A stretch of DNA of 19,701 nucleotides from a bacterium (GTDB taxonomy: Bacteria > Zhuqueibacterota > Zhuqueibacteria > Oceanimicrobiales > Oceanimicrobiaceae): the NCBI GenBank assembly GCA_037446635.1, contig JBBIIG010000071.1, positions 1 through 19,701 of the forward strand. Reading direction: 5' to 3'. The notes under the pieces were generated by a model, which saw nothing but the letters and a program-made list of their open reading frames with translations, was not told the origin of the DNA and made no database searches. Both the position numbers and the translations under genes were made by a program. How positions within the stretch are numbered: the first letter of the stretch is position 1; each line of letters opens with the position of its first letter. Of this stretch, positions 15,578 through 19,701 are shown in pieces.

Positions 15578-15982
15578 ATGATTTTTCGAAGAGTATTATC
15601 ACTACTTTTTGATTTTCTATCGTCTTTGTTGCCTGCATATGGTGCGCATATAGCTGGTGTTAATTTGTTCTATGCTTTCCTTTTTTTCTATACCATAACA
15701 CAGATCGGTGAATTATTTCTTTTAAAGGGACGAACTGCCGGAATGGTTGTTTTTCGGATTTATCCAAGAAGCGTACAGAACGGTAAACCAAGCCTGGTGA
15801 AGCTGGCGCTCTATCATATAGCGTTATCGGTTTTAGTTTTCAATATGTTAAATCCATCTTACAACGTTTTGTTGGAATCAATTGTACCAATTTTACTGTT
15901 TTTCCCCTTTTATGATACACAGAGGTACAATTCCGCGATCGACTTGTTATTCCGAATTCATTGGGTATCCGAGGCCGCGTAG
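15578..15982 (+). CDS. RDD-family membrane protein, putative immunity protein for cassette 1
   Basis: GGAGG at 15568-15572 supports ATG 15578. RDD-like motifs FRRVLSLLFD and KGRTAGMVVFRI. AT-rich and directly after the toxin tip. Confidence 0.65.
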   Translation: MIFRRVLSLLFDFLSSLLPAYGAHIAGVNLFYAFLFFYTITQIGELFLLKGRTAGMVVFRIYPRSVQNGKPSLVKLALYHIALSVLVFNMLNPSYNVLLESIVPILLFFPFYDTQRYNSAIDLLFRIHWVSEAA

Positions 15983-15984
15983 GA

Positions 15985-17636
15985 TTTCCCTACAGTGTTT
16001 TCCCACAGGATTTCGCCTTCGCCGAGTCGGACACGGCGCAAGAGCAGCAGCAGGTGGTGCGGCGAGTGTTTTACACCGAGCGCGGCAAGCACTATCTTTT
16101 GGTGGGGGTACCGTATACGTGGTTGAAAACTGCGCCCGCCGGTGAGCTGGTAATCGACCCGACGGTCTCGGTGGCCACCAGCGAGGATGTCTGGCTGGAG
16201 GATACCAGCAATAAAAACGGCAGCGGCAGCACTACGGGTCTGATTGTTGGCAAGACCGCCAGTTACCCCAAGAAGCGCACCATTATCAAGTTTAACCTCG
16301 CGGGTTCAGGGATACCGGCCACGGCCACGGTGCTGAACGCGCAGATGAAGTTGTATTATTACACCGCGGTGCGGGTAGGTACGACGGCGTGGGTAGACCG
16401 CTGGTTGCAGGCGCACCAGATTCTGGTGAACTGGAATCAGGCACAGGCGACGCGGGACAATCGACTCACGGGTACGCCGTGGAATGTGCAGTACGTTGGG
16501 TTGAATGATATTGATGCGAAATCCACGTACGAGAGCACGGTGCTGTTTCAAAGCGGCCAGTACCCCACGTGGAAGGTGTGGGACTTGACGGCGCTGACGC
16601 AGAAGTGGGTGAATGGCTCGGCAACCAACTACGGCGTGGTGTTATGGGCCACCAACGAAGGGACCAACGGCTACGACCTGCGTTTTCGAGCCTCGGAATA
16701 TGCGACGACGAGTGAACGACCCTATTTGCAAGTGACGTATTCAACCAGCTCGAAGACGGTGTATTTTCTGAAGGATTACCTGGGGAGTGTTCGTGCAATG
16801 GTGGACAACACGGGAGCAGTGGTGGGCTATGATGATTACGACCCGTGGGGCTACATTTTGGCAAACCGCAGTCTGGCGACGCCGTGGAGTTCGGTACAGG
16901 GCACAGCGAAGAACAAGTTCACCGGCAAGGAGTGGGATGATGACTTTGGCGTGAATTGGTATGATTTCCCTGCACGTGATTACGATCCGCACAGATTGGG
17001 CGGTGGTTGTCGGTGGACAGGTTTGCGGATAAATATCCTTCTATGACTCCTTACCACTATGTTTTGAATAATCCTTTAAGATTTACGGATCTCACAGGAG
17101 ATACTGTGAATGTAGACCCAAAGTTATTGGAACCTGTGGTCTACACCGAGGGAGAGTCCAAGGGTCAACAAAAGAAAGTTGAAGACATGACGCCAGAAGA
17201 AAGGCAGCGGTATTTCTTTCAACAATGGTGGTCAGAGGAAGGAGAAATTGTTAATGAACTATTTGGGATAGGGGGGAAATACGAATCAACAAATATTAAT
17301 TTTAAATTAGGCTATAAACCTTTGGGATTTTGGAAGAACATACTAACCCTTCCGGGTTTGAAGAACCAATATTTTGGTCAGACAGCATGGGGCAGACATG
17401 GTACTAAGGAAGTTGACTTATTTACCGGATCGCGAGCAATAACTCCCTCATTTGGGATAAATGAGCTGAGTATATTTCTTTATTTTAGTCCAGAACGTGC
17501 TAGAAGTGAGACTGCACCTCATGAGTGGAGTCATGTAAAAATAATTTTTGATCTTATCAAAAGAGGTCAAACTGTTCCGACAGGTATGATTCAACATGAG
17601 TTGATGAGAAGAGGAATGATCCCCCCAATAAGATAA
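15985..17636 (+). pseudogene. Orphan toxin cassette 2 (DNRLRE-type domain + RHS core + HExxH tip), split by a 2-bp frameshift
   Basis: Paralogous to cassette 1. ORFs 15961-17046 and 17007-17636 join into DPQIGRWLSVDRF if an extra CA at 16990-16993 is removed. The tip starts at 17100, after NNPLRFTDLTG, and contains HEWSH. Confidence 0.85.
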
Positions 17637-17647
17637 GGAGTTAAAAA

Positions 17648-17950
17648 ATGGCAGCATATATACTACTCTCGATTTTTATCATTTTTTTAATTTTTAGCAG
17701 GATATGCTTGAAAGCAAAGAAATATTATAAGAGGCTTAATTTTATCAGTTTCATTGTATTAAATATTTTCACTGTTATTTGGTTTATTATCCAATACAAT
17801 TTTGCATACAAGGAGTACGGCGTAGCTGAACTTGAGGCTCCAATTAGTATAATTCCAAACATAGTATTATCAATAATTGGAGTTGCGATTCTTTGTATAG
17901 TGTATAATTTTTTATATGTGATTTTAAATTTATCGAGTGAAAGAACTTGA
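17648..17950 (+). CDS. Small 3-TM membrane protein, putative immunity protein for cassette 2
   Basis: AAGGAG SD, 100 aa, very AT-rich and hydrophobic. Paralogous to 19066-19368. Confidence 0.7.
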   Translation: MAAYILLSIFIIFLIFSRICLKAKKYYKRLNFISFIVLNIFTVIWFIIQYNFAYKEYGVAELEAPISIIPNIVLSIIGVAILCIVYNFLYVILNLSSERT

Positions 17951-17971
17951 CCTTGCCCTTGAATCGAGAAG

Positions 17972-19048
17972 CTGGCGCTGACACAGTACTGGGTGGACAC
18001 GCAGGATGTCTGGCCGTCCACCAACAACGGGGTGGTTCTGTGGGCGACAAACGAGGATGTCAACGGCTACGACCTGCGCTTCCGTTCCTCGGAATATGCG
18101 ACGACGACTGAGCGGCCGTATTTGCAGGTGACCTACTCGACCAGTTCGAAGACGGTGTATTTTCTGAAGGATCATCTGGGAAGTGTTCGCGCAACGGTGG
18201 ACAACACGGGAGCAGTGGTAGGCTATGATGATTACGACCCGTGGGGCTACATTTTAGCGGGCCGCAGTTTAGCCACGCCGTGGAGTTCGGTACAGGGGAC
18301 GGCGAAGAATAAGTTTACGGGCAAGGAGTGGGATGATGAGTTTGGGGTGAATTGGTTTCATTTTGATGCAAGACCGTACGATCCACAGATAGGGAGGTTT
18401 TTGGGTGTGGATCGTTTTGCAGACAAATATCCATCCTGGACGCCATATCATTACGCATTAAACAACCCTATTCTTTTTACAGATTTAACCGGCGATACAG
18501 TTGACGTAGATCCGAAACTGTTAGCGCCTGTGATTTATAGTGAAGGTGAAAAGCAAGGTCAACAAAAAAGAATAGAGGATATGACGCCAGAAGAAAGACA
18601 GCGGTATTTCTTTCAACAATGGTGGAGTGAAAATAGAGAATCGGTTGAGAGCCTGTTTGGAATTGGAGGTAAGTATGAGACAACTAATATCAATTTCAGG
18701 TTAGGAACCAAACCTTTGACAACGGGTGAAAAAATTTTAGAGTTTCTAACTCCACCAAGATTGCGCGAGCCACAATTTGGCCAAACGACTTTTGGGATGC
18801 ACGTTACTCCTGAAGCTAAGTTGTTTACTGGCACCAGAGATATTAATCCAAATTTTGGCATAGAACAATTGACAATGTTCATTTATTTCAATCCCAACCT
18901 CAGCCGAATGTTTAACGAAACTCCTGCACATGAATGGAAACACGTGGCAATAATTTTTAATGCAGTGCTGAGAGGACAAGTTGTACCTTCTGGACTAAAA
19001 CAGCATCAATTTATCTACGGTGGTGGCGTAATACCTCCTATCAAGTAA
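17972..19048 (+). CDS. Orphan (5'-truncated) toxin cassette 3: end of DNRLRE-type domain + RHS core + HExxH tip
   Basis: Homology begins near LALTQYWV (17972); first GTG at 17993. Motifs KDHLGSVR, KFTGKEWD, ARPYDPQIGRF and YALNNPILFTDLTG. The tip starts at 18494 and contains HEWKH. Confidence 0.85.
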   Translation: MALTQYWVDTQDVWPSTNNGVVLWATNEDVNGYDLRFRSSEYATTTERPYLQVTYSTSSKTVYFLKDHLGSVRATVDNTGAVVGYDDYDPWGYILAGRSLATPWSSVQGTAKNKFTGKEWDDEFGVNWFHFDARPYDPQIGRFLGVDRFADKYPSWTPYHYALNNPILFTDLTGDTVDVDPKLLAPVIYSEGEKQGQQKRIEDMTPEERQRYFFQQWWSENRESVESLFGIGGKYETTNINFRLGTKPLTTGEKILEFLTPPRLREPQFGQTTFGMHVTPEAKLFTGTRDINPNFGIEQLTMFIYFNPNLSRMFNETPAHEWKHVAIIFNAVLRGQVVPSGLKQHQFIYGGGVIPPIK

Positions 19049-19065
19049 CAACTCGGAGTGGAGAT

Positions 19066-19368
19066 ATGATATACCCTATACTTATTGGATTAACAATATT
19101 CTTCATAGCTGGAAGCATGTTTTTTCGAGAACGAAAATTCTTTAAAAAATCACACTTTTTTGTCTTTATCGTTTTCAATTTGATCGTTGCTGCTTACTTT
19201 GTCCTGCAGTACACATATTCGAGTCCCAGATTGATGGTGTTAACTTTCGATGAGTTGATCCGAGTGATTCCAGGATACTTTCTCGAAAATATGAAAGTCA
19301 TTATAATCCAGGTACTGTTTAATTTTACATATTTTATTTTTCACGCACGAAAAAAGTTAACATTTTAG
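19066..19368 (+). CDS. Small 3-TM membrane protein, putative immunity protein for cassette 3
   Basis: GGAG upstream, 100 aa. Shares FIVxN, FxxQY, IxxIP and NFxYxI with 17648-17950. Confidence 0.7.
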   Translation: MIYPILIGLTIFFIAGSMFFRERKFFKKSHFFVFIVFNLIVAAYFVLQYTYSSPRLMVLTFDELIRVIPGYFLENMKVIIIQVLFNFTYFIFHARKKLTF

Positions 19369-19396
19369 ATTCTGCAATGATAGGTAATCCTAATCA

Positions 19397-19490
19397 GAGC
19401 ATACTGGTTGACTGATTTCAAATCCGAAAGGCCATTGAAAGGCTATCCCATCGGCTTTTCATGTTTTTCTAAAAGCTCGTTCTTTCTCAA
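19397..19490 (+). repeat. Conserved inter-cassette spacer, copy B
   Basis: Similar to 13840-13928 and ends in the same TCGTTCTTTCTCAA. Confidence 0.6.
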
Positions 19491-19513
19491 AAATCTGAAG
19501 ACAGAAAATCCAA

Positions 19514-19701
19514 AGCACGCCGTTGTTCCAGCAAGGCCAGTACCCGACGTGGAAGAGCTGGGACTTGACGGCGCTGACGCAGAATTGGGTGAGCGGCTCG
19601 GCAACCAACTACGGCGTGGTGCTGTGGGCCACCAACGAAGGCACCGACGGCTACGACCTGCGTTTTCGAGCCTCGGAATATGCGACGACGAGTGAACGAC
19701 C
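19514..19701 (+). pseudogene. Start of orphan toxin cassette 4 (partial DNRLRE-type domain, runs off the window)
   Basis: Translates as STPLFQQGQYPTWKSWDLTALTQNWVSGSATNYGVVLWATNEGTDGYDLRFRASEYATTSER. An in-frame TGA lies upstream at 19496-19498. Confidence 0.85.

Noticed and set aside
15546..19513. Integron cassette array (attC sites)
   Set aside because: No integrase is present and I saw no RYYYAAC...GTTRRRY palindromic sites between the genes. Orphan RHS modules explain the organisation.
19408..19695. 95-aa ORF in the track
   Set aside because: It is an off-frame reading of the spacer plus cassette 4. The homologous frame starts at 19514.
13929..19701. Diversity-generating retroelement (TR/VR pair) explaining the near-repeats
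   Set aside because: Differences between copies are mostly synonymous third-position changes involving all bases, not adenine-specific, and no reverse transcriptase is present in the window.

Overview
Bacterial genomic DNA, moderately GC-rich with AT-rich islands at the right end. The organism is probably a diderm, since it encodes an outer-membrane beta-barrel and a lipoprotein. An FCB-group/KSB1-like origin is my impression only. The window has three parts. (1) 1-6353: a divergent Bacteroidetes-type (MPF_B) type IV secretion/conjugation gene run: traJ-like (partial), traK-, traM- and traN-like genes, an unexpected PH-domain-like membrane protein, a traO-like gene and a multi-PKD/Ig lipoprotein. 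It leads straight into housekeeping genes with no visible integrase or att site. (2) 6400-13367: host genes encoding a GT2 glycosyltransferase, an exported TPR-parvulin, a fused DAK2-DegV (FakA-FakB) fatty acid kinase, PlsY, a SirB1/transglutaminase-like protein, a zinc-ribbon-TM-TPR protein and a membrane-anchored 2Fe-2S ferredoxin with one Cys replaced by Asp. REP-like palindromes lie in the spacers. (3) 13378-19701: gene remnants, then a tandem array of at least four 5'-truncated polymorphic-toxin cassettes. In these a DNRLRE-type domain is fused directly to the RHS-associated core with no intervening YD shell. Each complete cassette ends in a variable AT-rich C-terminal domain (one glycine-rich and hydrophobic, two paralogous HExxH-type) and is followed by a small membrane-protein gene, the putative immunity partner. 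All family assignments come from motif recognition by eye; no database search was run.
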